A DNA stretch of 64,000 bases from the human T2T-CHM13v2.0 reference genome, Homo sapiens: NCBI RefSeq assembly GCF_009914755.1, contig NC_060937.1. The stretch is one strand, 5' to 3'. This document shows, one piece after another, positions 39,710-52,990 of this stretch. Under the pieces are notes generated by a model. That model was not told the DNA's origin. It was given only the letters and a program-made list of their open reading frames with translations, and made no database searches. A program made the translations under genes and the position numbers. Within the stretch, counting starts at the first letter, position 1; every line of letters begins with the position of its first letter.

Positions 39710-39752
39710 GCCTAGTGGTTCATGGGGCTCACCTACATTCTCTCCTGCTGTC

Positions 39753-40050
39753 TTTTTTTTTTTTCTTCTTAGAGATTGTATTTCACTCTGTTTTCCAGGC
39801 TGGAGTGCAGTGGTACAGTCAGGGCTCACTGCAGCCATGAGCTCCTGGCCTCAAGCAATCCTCCCACCTCAGTTTCCCAAGTAGCTAGAACTACAGGCAC
39901 ATGCAATGACCCTTGGGTACTTTTTCATATTTTTTAGAGATGAGCCTTCACTGTGTTGTCAAGGCAAGTGTCAAACTCCTGGCTTCAAGAAATTCATCCA
40001 TCTCATGCTCCCAAAGTGTTGGGATTACAGGCATGAGCCACTGCAAACGA
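39753..40050 (-). mobile_element. AluJ, near full length
   Basis: Antisense dimer with J diagnostics (gctcactgcagcc, ctcaagcaatcctcccacctcag); highly diverged. Confidence 0.92.
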
Positions 40051-40159
40051 TAGACTTTCTTTCTTAAGGAGTACTTTTACAGAGCATAGAATTTTAAATT
40101 GACACCTATTATTCATCAGATCTATGTAACTGTGGGGAGAGTGAAAATAGTTAACTCAG

Positions 40160-40341
40160 GCAGGAAGGTATGTTTTATCATTGACAATTTTTAGAATTTC
40201 CAGTGTATGGTGATAACAAAAAGCAGATTGGCTTTTATTCAGTTTTGTGATAGCTTTAAATTCATTACAGACAGTGAACACAGTCATTGCCTGTACTTGG
40301 GCAGAATATCCTCACCACCTTCTCTTGGCGTTCTATTACTG
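40160..40341 (-). mobile_element. MER97-like (hAT-Tip100) terminal fragment
   Basis: ttttatcattgacaatttttagaatttccagtgtatggtgataacaaaaagcagattggctttt...ttaaattcattacagaca matches my recall of the antisense MER97 5' end. Confidence 0.55.
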
Positions 40342-41590
40342 TGAATATATCATTCAATCACCTTCAGCTTCCAAAAGTTTTGTATAAAATTCAACTTTCA
40401 TTCTCAATTATAAAATGTGATTGTTTCTTCTTTGAACGTAAACTATACCCCTTCTCCCATCTTGCTGGCTAGTTTATAAATCACTCTTTGTTTTGTTTTA
40501 TAATATATGTAAATTCAGTTTTACATTTTAATTTTCCTGAGGTTTTGAGGGGATTTTGAATATGTGTAATTTATGTAGTTCATAATTTTTAAAAAAATTA
40601 TCAGTAGTTATCTGTTTAAATAAGACCACAGACCCATTCTCTTTTTATTCTAATTTAAATGTAATTTAGGTGTTTTTTCAACTTTATCTTTTATTCCTTC
40701 TCACCTGTTCTTCAATTCGCCAATTTCTCATTACCTATCTAATCAGGTGTTTCATCTACTCATTGAGTTTTAAATTGTAATAATCGTACTTTTCAGTTCT
40801 AGAATTTGAATGTAGTTATTTTTCAGATCTGGCATGCAATATTTGATTATTTCCCATTCTTACTTGAGGTATTCAATCTTGTATTTTCTTTCCTCCAACA
40901 CATAAATCTTAATTATTTAAAAATATGAATCTTGCAGTAACACAACTGACCTAGAGAAGCCTCTGAGAGCCTTGGGAAGAGTTTTTTTTTCTTTGCAAAG
41001 GGCAGAGAGTCCTGGAATGGGTTTGCCCTGAGAGGGGCCTGTGAAAAAGTGTATGTATGTATATATATACTTACATATAAAAATGTCTCTATATGTCCTC
41101 TTGTGTTTATTATTTGTAATATCTTGTTCTCAAGCATGTATGCACACACACACACACATACCTACATTATACATGAATGGAAACAAAAATGATTATATTA
41201 AAAAAAACTTCTAAAAAATACATTGAGAGCACTCTTATTAAGAAAAAAAGTAAATGTAGTTAACATTAACTAGAGGACCAAGAAAGCATATTGAATGGTG
41301 CAGAATTTAATATACAGCCTTTTAGAATGTGTTTAATTTTGATAAAATATTAAACAAAGGTTATGGTAGTTGAAGCAAACAGTTAAATAAAACACAGAGG
41401 GAGAGCTGTTGCATGGAGAATTGGGAGAAAGATTTTTAATTTAAAAGATTGAGAATCTGTGGAAGGGTCCAGTTTCTCTCTTAAACTTTGTTTTGTAGCA
41501 TATTTCTATCTTTTTACAGAGGAACAAAGTGAAATCCTTTCTTCCCTGCTAGCAAGACAGAGCCTGACAGCGAGAGTACTCTAAGGTAGT

Positions 41591-42199
41591 TGTCAAGCTG
41601 CCAACTCTCAAGGTGGCCAATTAGGACAAAAGTCAAACTGAAAATAACAATCAAGTCATTATTCAAATACTGCAATAATGCAGGCAAAAGGCAAAGAAAA
41701 AGAAAAGTGCTGTCCTCTAATGTTTTATTTTTTCCAACGGAAAGATATCAGGCTAGAGTCAGTCAGGTAACATTTGATGAAGGTGGGAAAACATCTCACT
41801 AAGCAGCAGTGAACAAGAAGCTCCTGCCATCTTATGGAGACCTGTGGGGACAGGGAGAGGGAATGGGTACAAGGTAGGAGCAAACTCAGTCAAAGCAGAG
41901 AACAAGCTCCTGGTCACGATAGTTTTCTACTCCTCTTGCCATAGGAGATTCTCAAATGGGGCCCCAGATGAGACATGCAAGGGCAGAATCCTGGGCTAGG
42001 GATGAAAATATATGTATGAACATGGCCAGTAGAGGTGGGAGTAGAGTGGGACAGTGGGGAGGGGGAAAAGAGAAAGTGATATATTTGGCTGCTTATCCCT
42101 TTGAGACTGCAAGTCTGGTGTTGGGAAGACAGCTCTCTCCCACAGGGACTGACAGGTAAAGCCTTTGCCATTGCCTGTGGTCTGGCCTGAAAGATCACA
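41591..42199 (-). mobile_element. ERVL-class LTR (MER74/MER54-like, tentative)
   Basis: Ends gcctgtggtctggcctgaaagatcaca, similar to the terminus at 11550; GC-richer island; left boundary uncertain. Confidence 0.5.
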
Positions 42200-42233
42200 C
42201 AGGATTTTGGCCCCTAGCTAAGCCCGTATATAT

Positions 42234-42638
42234 TGTAGGGGTTGCATGGCCACCCACATTCTCAGTGATTTGGTAGAAAGGCATTCTCGATGCAGAGAGA
42301 GTTGTGGTCATGGGTATGGCTTATAACAGTAAAATGATACACAGTAGGGTCATCAAAGGAAAAGGCACATCAGATGGAGTCTGGAGAAATCCAGGTGCAG
42401 ACTTCCAAAACTCACCCTTTCGGAATGAGGGAGTGGACTCACGCAAAATGCTTTCCATTTCCCAGCAGTGAAACGCAACAACATGTTCCCAGTGCTTCTG
42501 CCGAGGGGGACTCACTTGAAACTCAAGTCAAGGTGGTTTTCTGTTTGTTTGTTTTGGAGGAACTGGTTACATAGGGATTCTTTGTCTGCACATACATGAA
42601 TGGTTATCAAAATTCCAGAGCCCCAGAATAAAAGCAGA
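42234..42638 (-). mobile_element. MER21/MER77-family LTR, truncated by the MLT1 insertion
   Basis: cttataacagtaaaatgatacacag...caaaggaaaaggcacat...gtctggagaaatccaggtgcagacttccaa...caaaattccagagccccagaataaaagcag. Confidence 0.75.
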
Positions 42639-42639
42639 T

Positions 42640-43091
42640 TGTTGTGTGTTAAATTGTGTCCTACAAAAAGACCTCTTACATTCCTAATTTCAGGTATCTC
42701 AGATTGTGAACTTATATAGGAATAGGGTCGTTGCAGACATAAATTCAGTTAAGTTCAGGTGAAATTAAGTTCAGATGAAGTTGTATTGTAGTGAAGTGGG
42801 TCCTTAGTCTAATATGATTTGTGTCCTAATAAGAAGAAAGATATTTGGACACAGATGGAGAGGCAAGATGACTATGTGAACAGAGGTAGATTTTGGAGTT
42901 AAACTGCCAGGAACCTAGGAACACCTGGGACCACCAGAAGCCAGATGAGACACAGAGGGATCCTCCCTTATAGGGAGGTGGTGGGTAATTGCCAATTCGA
43001 TTTCACACTTCTATCCTCAGGAACTGTAAGAGAATACATTTTTATTGGTTTAAGCAGCATGTGTGCTATGATAGCCCCAGGACATGAATAG
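42640..43091 (+). mobile_element. MLT1B-like 5' LTR
   Basis: tgttgtgtgttaaattgtgtcctacaaaaagac...ggaaatagggtcgttgcagac...tgtcctaataagaaga...gaactgtaagagaatacattt...tagccccaggacatgaataga. Confidence 0.85.
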
Positions 43092-43724
43092 ATTTTGGTG
43101 ATGGGATTGGGGTATTGCTGCAAGAAATTTTTAAATAATGTGACAATGGCTCTGGAATTGGGTAATGGGTAAAGGCTGAAAGAGTTTTGAGGCTCTTGAT
43201 TTAAAAAAAATATGCATAGACTCACTTGAAGAGATTGTTGGTAGAAATAATGCTTATTAAAGAACATTCTAGTGATAAATCAGAGATAAGTTAGGAGAAC
43301 TACATAGAAATTTCCTATCATGTTAGAAAATAGTACCATAAGTAGGAACAGTAAGGCTACTTCTGGTAAAGTCTGAGATGAAAATGAGGAACATGATATT
43401 AGAAACTGAAGAAAAGGCAATTCTTTTTATAAAGTGACAGATGACTTCGCTGAATTATTTTGTGCTATTTTGAGGAAAGTACAATTTGTAAGTGATAAAC
43501 TTTAATATCTAGTGATGATATATCTGAGCAAAGTGTGGAAGATATGGTCTGGTTTCTTTTTGCTGCTTATAGCAAAATACAAGAGGAATATACAAGTTGA
43601 AGAATAAACTGTTAAACAAAAAGGAAACAGCACTTGATGACTTGGAAAATTCTCATCCTATCCTGATAGCATGAACCAGGAGTCTGTCTAGACAACCATG
43701 TGCTGAAGAAATTGAGTACTTTAC

Positions 43725-44284
43725 TGTGATGGGTAACATTAAGTCTCAACTTGATTGGATGGAAGGATGCAAAGTATGGTTTCTGGGTGTGTCTTTCCGG
43801 GTGTTGCCAGAGGATATTAACATTTTGAATCAGTGAACTGGGAGAGGAAGACCCACTCTCAATGTGGGTGAGCACCATCCAATTTGCTGCCAGCCTGGCT
43901 AGAAGAAGCAGGTGGAAGAAAGTAGAATAAGCTGGCTTACTGAGTCTCCCAGCCTCCTTCTTTCTCCTGTGCTGGATGCTTTTTGCCCTCAAACATCAGA
44001 CTCCAAGTTCTTCAGCCTTTGGACTCTTGGACTTACACCAGTGGTTTTCCAGGGGTTCTCAGGCCTTTGGCCACAAACTGAAGGCTGCACTGTCGGCTTC
44101 CCTACTTTTGAAACTTTGGGACTTGGACTGAGCCACTACTGGCTTCCTTGCTCCTTGGCTTGCAGAGGGCCTATCATGGGACTTTACCTTGTGATTGTGT
44201 GAATCAATTCTCCTCAATAAACTCCCTTTCATATATACATATATCCTATTATTTCTGTCCCTCTGTAGAACTCTGATTAGTACA
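43725..44284 (+). mobile_element. MLT2A (MLT2A2-like; HERV-L LTR) solo LTR
   Basis: tgtgatgggtaacattaagtctcaacttgattggatggaaggatgcaaagtat...aataaactccc...ctgattagtaca; 5-bp TSD tttac/attac. Confidence 0.92.
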
Positions 44285-44451
44285 ATTACTCATGTATCCA
44301 ACCAAATCACTCAGCAAGATACAGGAAAAGAGATGTGATTTTCCAGAAAGGATATGTAGATCATCTTGTTTAATGTTTAGATTCCTGTGAATTACTCAGG
44401 AGACTGAAAAGGTTCTTTAAGAATTATACCGGTGGAAACATTGCCAGCTGG

Positions 44452-45352
44452 TGAAGCAGAGTATTTGCCTGACCCCTTTGCAGGACTCACAACAGCATTG
44501 CCTTGTTTACTCAGCCTGCCGCTCTCAACCCCTCACGGGAGAAAGCACACAAGCAAATGGGGTGGGAACTGGAGTGCATGAACACTGGAACTGGCTGCCC
44601 ATTTTGGTGCCTGTGGGATCAAACTCTACTCACTCAGACTGCTGCATTCCACCCCTTGCGGGAGGGAGCAAGCAGGTGAGTGGGTGCAGGAGCCTGAGTG
44701 ACCACTTTTGGGCACTGGCAAGAGCAAACTCCATGCAGGCCCTGTTCAGGCAGCATGCCTGTGACTCCCAAAGCCCTGGAGGGTGTGTTACAGTGCTCCT
44801 TCAGCTCTGCCATCCACGAACGGTTTAAGTGTTAACATCTCAGTAGGCCCTTTGCATCCATGCTCATGGCTGCCAAGATCTTGTCTAATATCCAGGAAAA
44901 ATGAGGTTGCCCAAACAAATTGAAGAATAGTAAATGTGGGAGATTTTATTGCCAATGAAAGTGATTCTCAGCTGGAAGGGAAGCTGAAAAGGGGATGGGG
45001 CAGAAAGGTAATCTTCCCCTGAAGCCCAGGCTTCTCTAGCTGGATTCTTCTCCAAAGTTATGCTGTCAAGCTGTCCCTCTGAAGTCAAGCCACCTCTCTC
45101 CAACATCCAGCCATAGTCCCTACATCCAGTTGCTTTTCTTCTCTGCTGGCTGAGTCTGGGGTCTTTATAGACACAGGATGAGGTGGGACAGGCCCATGAA
45201 TGGTTTAGTAAAAGGCAACATTCAAGCAGGAAAACAAGGATATAAGTTCTCACTTTGGGCTGCAGTTTCAGGCTTTTCAGCTTGAGGGTGGGGTTTTTAC
45301 CAAGGATTCATCCCTTTTCTGCCTAAAATTTATCTGGCTCCTGTCCCTATCA
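44452..45352 (-). mobile_element. LTR28/LTR27/LTR1-group ERV1 solo LTR
   Basis: The - strand starts tgatagggacaggagccagataaattttaggcagaaaaggg...aaaccccaccctcaagc...cccaaagtgagaacttatatcc; TATA-like ctataaagaccccagactcagcc; TG...CA termini. Confidence 0.85.
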
Positions 45353-45927
45353 TTTGGACTGAGAGTGATAGAGATGGGATGAAATTAATGAAGAATGATT
45401 CTGATGGCAGGGCCATGGATGCAGAGGCCTGAACTGATAGAACATCCTTGGGCAGAAGGCTACAGTTGCCTCTCAGATGGCCCAAGAGGGCCAAGAGGAC
45501 AAAGCATTGGGCCACAGAGGCTTAGTCTGAAGAATTGGAATTTAATGAAATTTGCCCTACTGGTTTTTGGACTTGCTTGGGACCTAAGACCCCGTTTTCT
45601 CCTATTTTTCAATTATAAAATGGGAAGGTCTATCCTATGACTTTGCCACCATTGCATTGTGTAAGCATATTACTTGTTTTCTGGTTACACAGACCCACAG
45701 ATTAAAAAGAGTGTTGCTGCAGGATAAACCATAACCAAAGTCTCACCCATAACTGATTTAGATGATTCGATGATAAGATTTGGGACTTTTTTAGCTGATT
45801 ATACATAGATGAGATTTGGACTTAGAGTTGACACTGGAGTGGGTTAAAACTTTTGGGGATGTCAAGATGGGGTGAACATATTTTGCATGCAGGAAGGACA
45901 TGAATTTTGTGGGGCCAGAGAGTGGAC

Positions 45928-45976
45928 TGTTATGGATTAAATTATGTTCCCACAAAAGATATATTGAACCCCTAAG
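45928..45976 (+). mobile_element. Truncated MLT1B 3' LTR (first about 50 bp)
   Basis: tgttatggattaaattatgttcccacaaaagatatattgaa repeats the start of the 5' LTR at 42640. Confidence 0.8.
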
Positions 45977-48900
45977 ATTAAAATACACTCATGTACAAGC
46001 AGAAAGTCTGGCACAATGACTCTCTGTAAAATTGTTGTTTATAAATTTTAAAATATTTGACTACAAGGCAAAATAAGTGACAAAGCAGAATTTGTTTTCT
46101 AATATGAATCCAATTGTTACAGAAACTTGTTCATGTCATTCTGTTTATAAAATATTTTCCTCCCACAATAATCAGTGATTATAATAATGTAATATCATTA
46201 ATTAAGATGATTTATTGAAATAACTGTAACATAATTTATTAAAATATTAACATAATATAACTAACATAACTAACATTATTTCTTAACATAACTATTAATT
46301 TTGATCATCATAGCAAAAATAAATCAGCTGAAATTTTAAAACAATTATAATTAGTAGGACAGTTTTACTCAAAACCACTGAGATGTTTCTGGCACGTGTT
46401 CCATCTGTAAAAATTATAATTCAAGCAAAACTGCAAAGGTAGGTATAGGCAGAAACCAAAGCCTTAAAGTCTATTTGAGTATTTAGAAATGGAGTTCATC
46501 CAATTTCCTCCTTGAAATGGATATGAATATATTTTTACTATTGTCCATTTTATGGATGGCCAAAAGTTTTTCTCTGCTAAATGGCAACTACATTAACAAA
46601 GAGAAAATAAAATCAAACAAACAAACAAAAACAACAATCACCATTCTAGGCTTTGTATTTTCAACTTAGGCTGTTATCAACATCATTATCCAGTTATCAA
46701 CATCTTTATCCAGACATAGAAATACCGATTTTACAGAGATTTCAATCCAATAGCAGTTCATGATACTGCTCAGCATCAAGGAACTCTATCACATTCATCA
46801 TACTCAATCAAAAATGAAAAATAAAATGATAAATAAAGGTTGGAAAATTATTTGAATGGTTAAATGTCATGACCTAGATATTATCCTTTGCTGCCTTGGC
46901 TATCAGAAGTTCACTTACTGGAAATCATAGGTTATCATTCTATAAGCCCTTAGCCAGTGAGGCTAACATTTACACCTCCAGTAACTGATTGTCATCTTAG
47001 GTTTATTGCGATATACAAAACAAAAAGTTTGTAATCAACAGATCCAGGCAACTTTACCAAAGGAAAACCACAGAGACAATGTTGGAAACAACCTACAGAC
47101 GCTGTTGAACCTAACTGGAATTGACTATATTAGTTACTACTAATTTCATATTTATGTCTAAAAGCACAGATTTCTGTATTTACCTTTTGAAATTCATAAA
47201 GCATCACACTCCCGTGACCTCAGTGTACTAAATGCTTGGAGATGTAAAACTGAGACTCTTATACTTCTTTAGAAGCAGACAGCGTCATAAAGAATTCAGC
47301 GTTTCCAAGAAACTTGGATCAAATATCAGATTTTTAGACTTCTAAGATTTCCAGACCTAGAGGCTGAATGCCAGGAGCCACTGGTTATTTCACCCTTTGT
47401 TTTCTCTTTCTTCTGTCCTTTCCTCTCATCCTTTTGAAATGGTTATCTTTAGTCATTTTCTAAAGATTATAATTATAGGTTTTTAATTATCAAAAATTGA
47501 GACATTTCTCCTTGTTTCCATTGTTTTTGTTTACAAAAGCTAATCCTTGTTACTAAGATAAAACAGAAAGATAAGTAAACTTGGAAACTGACCACTGTGC
47601 CACTTTGCAAATTGAGAAGTTGAGATGGAAGGTTTTTTCGGGCTAGGGTTAAAAAAAGTCAGTGTTGGTAAAGAGAATACATCAAGGCCTATTAATAATC
47701 TACTTCTTGTGTTTCTTGACATTACAATTCTACATTGTATCTTATCCAGAGCCAAAGTGCTTCTATATAGCCACTACCTAATGAATGAATTTACAAGAAA
47801 AAAAAACAAAGCAAAGCAAAAGCAACCAGAAACTGATGATCCACCTGAAACTCAAGGATTTCCTATAATCATGGACCTCTTTTGATTTGGAAACCTGGAT
47901 AAAGATGACAATTTGAAATCTTGACATTAGGCATGATGATGTTTTTGCAGAGGTCAATTCTGGTAAAGAGCAATGAATGTAAAAGTCCCTGAAAGACTAA
48001 AAATATTTCACTGTGACCCTTGAAAAATTGACTCCAACTCTTCCTCCTTACCAAAACTTTGCTAAACATAAGTTGATCAAACAATAGCTGATACACTGCA
48101 ACCACCATTTTTCTACTCTACCATCCTGCTCTGTAATTAATGTAACATGTATCTAAAGTTTACTGAAGAATTTCCTTAGTGAACATTATTGGAAGAAAAC
48201 TAAATGTTGACTTATTTTCTATCAGTCACATAATAAAATTAAGCATCATGCTTCTCTCACTAACATTCATTTCAACATTTTTCTCATTTTGCAACATTTT
48301 CACATAAGCTTGAGCAAATGATTTAGTTGTTTTTCTTCTTCCAAAATATGTAATGGATATTTAAGTTGGTCACCAGGAAACAAATATTTAAATGAACAGG
48401 AAACAAGAATGTGATTTATACAACAAACAAACATATCATCGCCAATTTTCCAAAGTTCTTTGGAATACCCTAACAATAAGTAAGTCCAAAGAGTACTGTC
48501 TGTTTCTTTAAGTTTAACAGGGTAATCAAACATATATGCACTTAAGCAAATGTAAGAGAGTGCATTGAGTCGTTTGAGGTTTACCATACCTAACTTGTGT
48601 CAGGGATTTGGGTTTGGTTGGTATAGGGGTGGCAAAATATACACTTGTATTAATTTATTTACAGATCAAAACAATGAGAAAATATAATGGTAGATAAAAT
48701 CCTAACAGAAAAATATAGAGATGTTAAGGATTATAAATTTTATCTCATAATCAGTTGAACACACTGAGCTTTTTTAAGGAGATAAAACTTGACTAACTTC
48801 TGTTATAGATATAATTTTAGAAAGAATGCAAATGATGGTTTGGAAATATATTGGAAGAAGACAGTTTAAGGAATGATGAGGGACAAACACTTAGGATAGT

Positions 48901-50280
48901 GTTTCAATGAACTGAAAGTTTCTTTTACTCTAAATGTGGGAGCTAATAAAAGTCAGAAAAAAAGTACCCGAGAATCATGGATGGAAATGGTACATTTCCT
49001 TCACAAGATAGCTTACTTCTGTTAAAAAACACAATGAAGTCCTCATTTAAAAAAGTATTTGTTGGGGTTCCTGGGTAAACTACAAATCCAGCCCTCATCC
49101 TCACACTATGTAGACTTACAGAGGAGTTTTCTCACAACATGTCAAGGAATCAGGAGTGAATTTTGGCTTTGGGCAATTCTTTGCTACATATCCAATTGGA
49201 AAATTGGAAAATGTATTTCTATTTTAGCACTTATTGTCACTTCTTTCCCCCAAAGTTCTACTCTGTTTAGTTACCCTCTTTAGGTTCATCATGGCCTTCC
49301 ACTCCTGCTTCATTGATTGAGGTCCATCAGTCTTCGTCAATGCCTGTTTAGCCAGTGACTGTGGCTTAAAAACAGCTGTTCCTCCTCTTTTTTCTTCTTT
49401 CTATTGAAACAGACCCTACTTGTGATTTATTTCCTGGGTGTTATACACGATTTAGGGTAGAATATAGAATATAGTTTATCTGAAAAAAGATCTGTTTTAT
49501 TTGTTAACGTACTAGGTTTTAGAAAATACTTAGAGCTAACTTCAAAGCACTACTTCTTAATCATGTGTAGGTTACACAACAGTCAGCTTTAGTTTCTGTT
49601 CTAGGATTACACATGCTACCTTTGAGATCAGAGTCAGTGACTGGCTAATATACCTGAATTGGCTTCATCATTTATAAAATGAGAAAGATATGATATGTGT
49701 GTTTTCATGTGGTCTATGTAAATGTTGTGGTTATAGATGCTAAAGTAATGTTTAAATGATTTACTATGTATTTTAATATGTCTATCACGCTCACTGAAAA
49801 AAAGCATTAGAACTAAGATATGAAAGTGCTATGATCTCTAAATTGAGAAAAATCCATGTGTTCAGCTTTGAGGGATTTTTTTATTATATCCTTTATTGGA
49901 ATTAGAAACAAGAGATTAATCATATTAAGAAAAGAATAACTATATTAATATTTGTTCAAACTACTCTTTAAATACAAACTTTTAATTTAGATTTGGAGGG
50001 TTTTTTTAAATTTAGGGTATATTTTATCTTCATATGCATAACATTTTTACAATATCAATTTTATACATATGTAGTCACCATCTGTATTTTTCTCAGTTCT
50101 CAAAATATTACTGACATATGTTTCAAAGTCACTATCTTCATGACTACTTGAAAATACATTCTGCTTCTTTTTGCCTTTGGGTATTGTTTTACACACAAAA
50201 CACCCACTGAAAAATTGAGGTCTTAGTGCTCTGCAGTGATTCTCTATGAATTTCATGCTGTAATGTTCTCTTTATAGGTA

Positions 50281-50583
50281 AGCTGGGCAGGGTGGCTCAC
50301 ACCTAGCACTTTGGGAGGCCTAGGCCGGCGAATCACCTGAGGTTGGGAGTTTGAAACCAGCCTGACCAACATGGAGAAACTCTTGTCTCTACTAAAAATA
50401 CAAAAAAAAAAAAAAAATTAGCTGGGCGTGGTGGCACATGCCTGTAATGCCAGCTACTAGGGAGGCTGAGGCAGGAGAATCGCTTGAACCCAGGAGGCGA
50501 AGGCTGCATTAAGCCAAGACCACACCATTGCACTCCATCCTGGGCAACAAGAGTGAAACTGCATCTCAAAATAAATAAATAAA
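50281..50583 (+). mobile_element. AluSp, full length, with a small 5' internal deletion
   Basis: Sp diagnostics (cctgaccaacatggagaaac, gcaacaagagtgaaact); (AAAT)n tail; TSD ttatag(g/t)ta at 50272-50280 and 50584-50592. Confidence 0.96.
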
Positions 50584-50704
50584 TTATAGTTAAAATACAT
50601 GATAATGCTAACAGTAGTGAAACATTAATTTATTCAAGAAGGATTATACTTAAATAGAATAATAAGAATAATAAAAAGAAAACATTATTAACCTGGATCA
50701 CATT

Positions 50705-51005
50705 ATTTAAATGAAGTTTTATACACATAAAAAGGAACATAAAATGTCCATGCATTGCTTGATGAACAATTATAATGTGAACACCTGTTTCAATACTGCC
50801 CTGATCAAGGAATAACAAAGTATCACCTGTAACTTATAGTCCTTTCCTACATCTCACGTTTTTCCCAATCACAAATTTCTCTATTATAATCATCACTATA
50901 TTGACTTCCATGACATTTGTTTTCTTACTTGTCTTTGTATTTTTATGTATACATTTGTAAACACTATAATTTAGTTTTGTCTGATATTGAACATTACACA
51001 TACAG
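50705..51005 (-). mobile_element. Ancient L1ME-type 3' end (host of the L1PA; appears to continue after 57835)
   Basis: Antisense L1ME-like motifs (ttgatgaacaattataatgtgaacacctgt, atcactatattgacttc, tttagttttgtctg). Confidence 0.5.
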
Positions 51006-51973
51006 AAAGTCTTTTTTCAGGGGAAGAGGCCAAGATAGCTGACTAGAAGCAGCTGCCACTGGCAGCTCCCATTGAGAAGAACAAAAATGGCAAGTGAATC
51101 CCGTACCTCCAGCTGAGGTATCCAGGTTCTAGGCACTTGGAGCAACCCACAAAAGGCAAGGAAAAATAGGGTAGAGTGAAAGCCCACCAGGGAGTGACAT
51201 GGGGCAAGGGGAGCTACCACCACCAGCCAAGAGAGGCAGTGAGCGATTGTGCCACCCTGCCCGGGAAACCATGCTTTCTCCACACATCTGTGCAACCCTT
51301 GGATCAGGAGATTCCCTTGTGAGCCCAAGCCACCAGGGCCATGGATCCCAAGTGCAGAGCTGTGAGACTTGGCAGCTGCTCAGTTTGCAGCCAGTAGCAG
51401 TAGACTGGAGACTGTCTAAGATGACTGTGTTCCTGGGAGGAGAAGCAGCTGCCATCGCTGTGGCTCCAGTTGGCCATTTTCCCCTGCCAGTGCTGGGCAG
51501 ACAGGGCAGTATGGATAGGGAGGGATTTCCCAGAGTGCAGCACAGTGGCTGTGGCCGATTATGGCCAGACTGCTTCTTAGGTGGGACCTAGATCCATTCC
51601 CCCTCACAGAGCGGGGCTGGAGCAACTCCAGTGAGGGGTTTATGGATAGAACTCTTATCTCCATGGGACACAGCCCCAACTCAGCAAACTTAGTCTTTGC
51701 TGCCTGTTGGCCCTGAAGAGGCCAGGCAGTCCAGATGAGTGGGATTCCCCACAGTGCAGTACACATGCTCCACCAAGGGGCAGCCAGAGTACTTTGTTAA
51801 GAAACCCAGGCAAATAGGGTCTGGAGTGGACCCCCAGCAAACCACAGCATCCTTACAGAAGAGGGTCCTAACTGTTAAAAGAAAAATAAACAGAAAGTAA
51901 CAAAAAAGACCCCATATAATCCCCACCCAAATGTCATCAGCTTCAAAGATCGAAGGTAGACAAGCTCACAAAG

Positions 51974-52990
51974 ATGAGAAAGAATCAGCGCAAAAATGGT
52001 TAAAACTCAAAAAGCCAGGGTGCCTCTTCTCCAAATGATTGCACCACCTCTCTAGCAAGGGCATAGAACTGAGCTGAGGCTGAGATGGATTAATCAACAG
52101 AAGTAGGTTTCAGAAGGTGGGTAATAATGAACTTCACTGATCTAAAGGTGTATGTTCTACCCAATGCAAAGAAGCTAAGAACCATGATAAAACTTTATAG
52201 GAGCAGTTAACCAGAATAACTAGTTTAGAGAGCAGCACAAATAACCTGATGGAGCTGAAAAACACAACACAAGAGCGTAACAATGCAACCACAAGTGTCA
52301 ATAGCTGAATAGCCCAAGCAGAGAAAGGAATCTCAGAGCTTGAAGCTATCTTGCTGAAATATAAGACAGGCAGACAAGATTAGAGAAAAAAGAAAAAAAA
52401 TGAATGAACAAAACCTCTGATAACTATGGGATTATGCAAAAAAACCAAAGCTGCAACTGATGGGATGTACCCAAAATAGATGGGGAGCACGGAATCAAGT
52501 TGGAAAACATACTTCAGGATATTATCCAGGAGAACTTCTACAACCTAGCAAGACAGGCAAACATTCAAATTCAGGAAATTCAGAGAACCCCAGCAAAATA
52601 CTCTATGAGAAGATCAACACTAAGACACATAATTATCAGATTCTCTAAAGTCGAGATGAAGGAAAAAAATGTTAAGGGCAGCTAGGGAGAAAGGCCAGGT
52701 CACCTTCAAAGGGAAGCCCATCAGACTAACAGCAGATCTCTCAGCAGAGACCCTTCAATCCAGAAGAGACTGGGGACCAATATTCAACATTCTTAAAGAA
52801 AATAATTTCCAAACTAGAATTTCATATTTGGCAAAACTACACTTCACAAGCAAAGGAGAAATAAATTTTTTTCAGAGAAGCAAATGTTGAGAGAATTCAT
52901 TACCACCAGGCCTGCCTTGCAAGAGCTCCTGAAGGAAGCACTAAAAATGGAAAGGAAAAACTTACCAGCCACTACAAAAACACACTGAAG
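51974..52990 (+). pseudogene. L1 ORF1p remnant (frameshifts and stops)
   Basis: ORF-track peptides ENILQDIIQENFYNLARQANIQIQEIQRTP and MLRAAREKGQVTFKGKPIRLTADLSAETLQSRRDWGPIFNILKE are L1 ORF1p. Confidence 0.92.

Larger units (their letters stand above)
43092..45927 (+). mobile_element. MLT1 internal (MaLR-int) region in three pieces: 43092-43724, 44285-44451, 45353-45927
   Basis: Follows the LTR with ttttggtg...ggctctggaattgggtaatgggtaaaggctgaaagagttttgagg; ends gaaggacatgaattttgtggggccagagagtggac just before the 3' LTR. Confidence 0.85.

Noticed and set aside
43612-45640. Cluster of 96-126 aa ORFs
   Set aside because: They lie within MLT2A, LTR28 and MLT1-int sequence; higher GC lengthens chance ORFs and I recognise no protein motif.
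51017-51926. Overlapping ORFs on both strands, including a possible L1 ORF0
   Set aside because: This is the GC-rich L1 5' UTR; ORF0 is described for younger L1PA 5' UTR types and I see no match.
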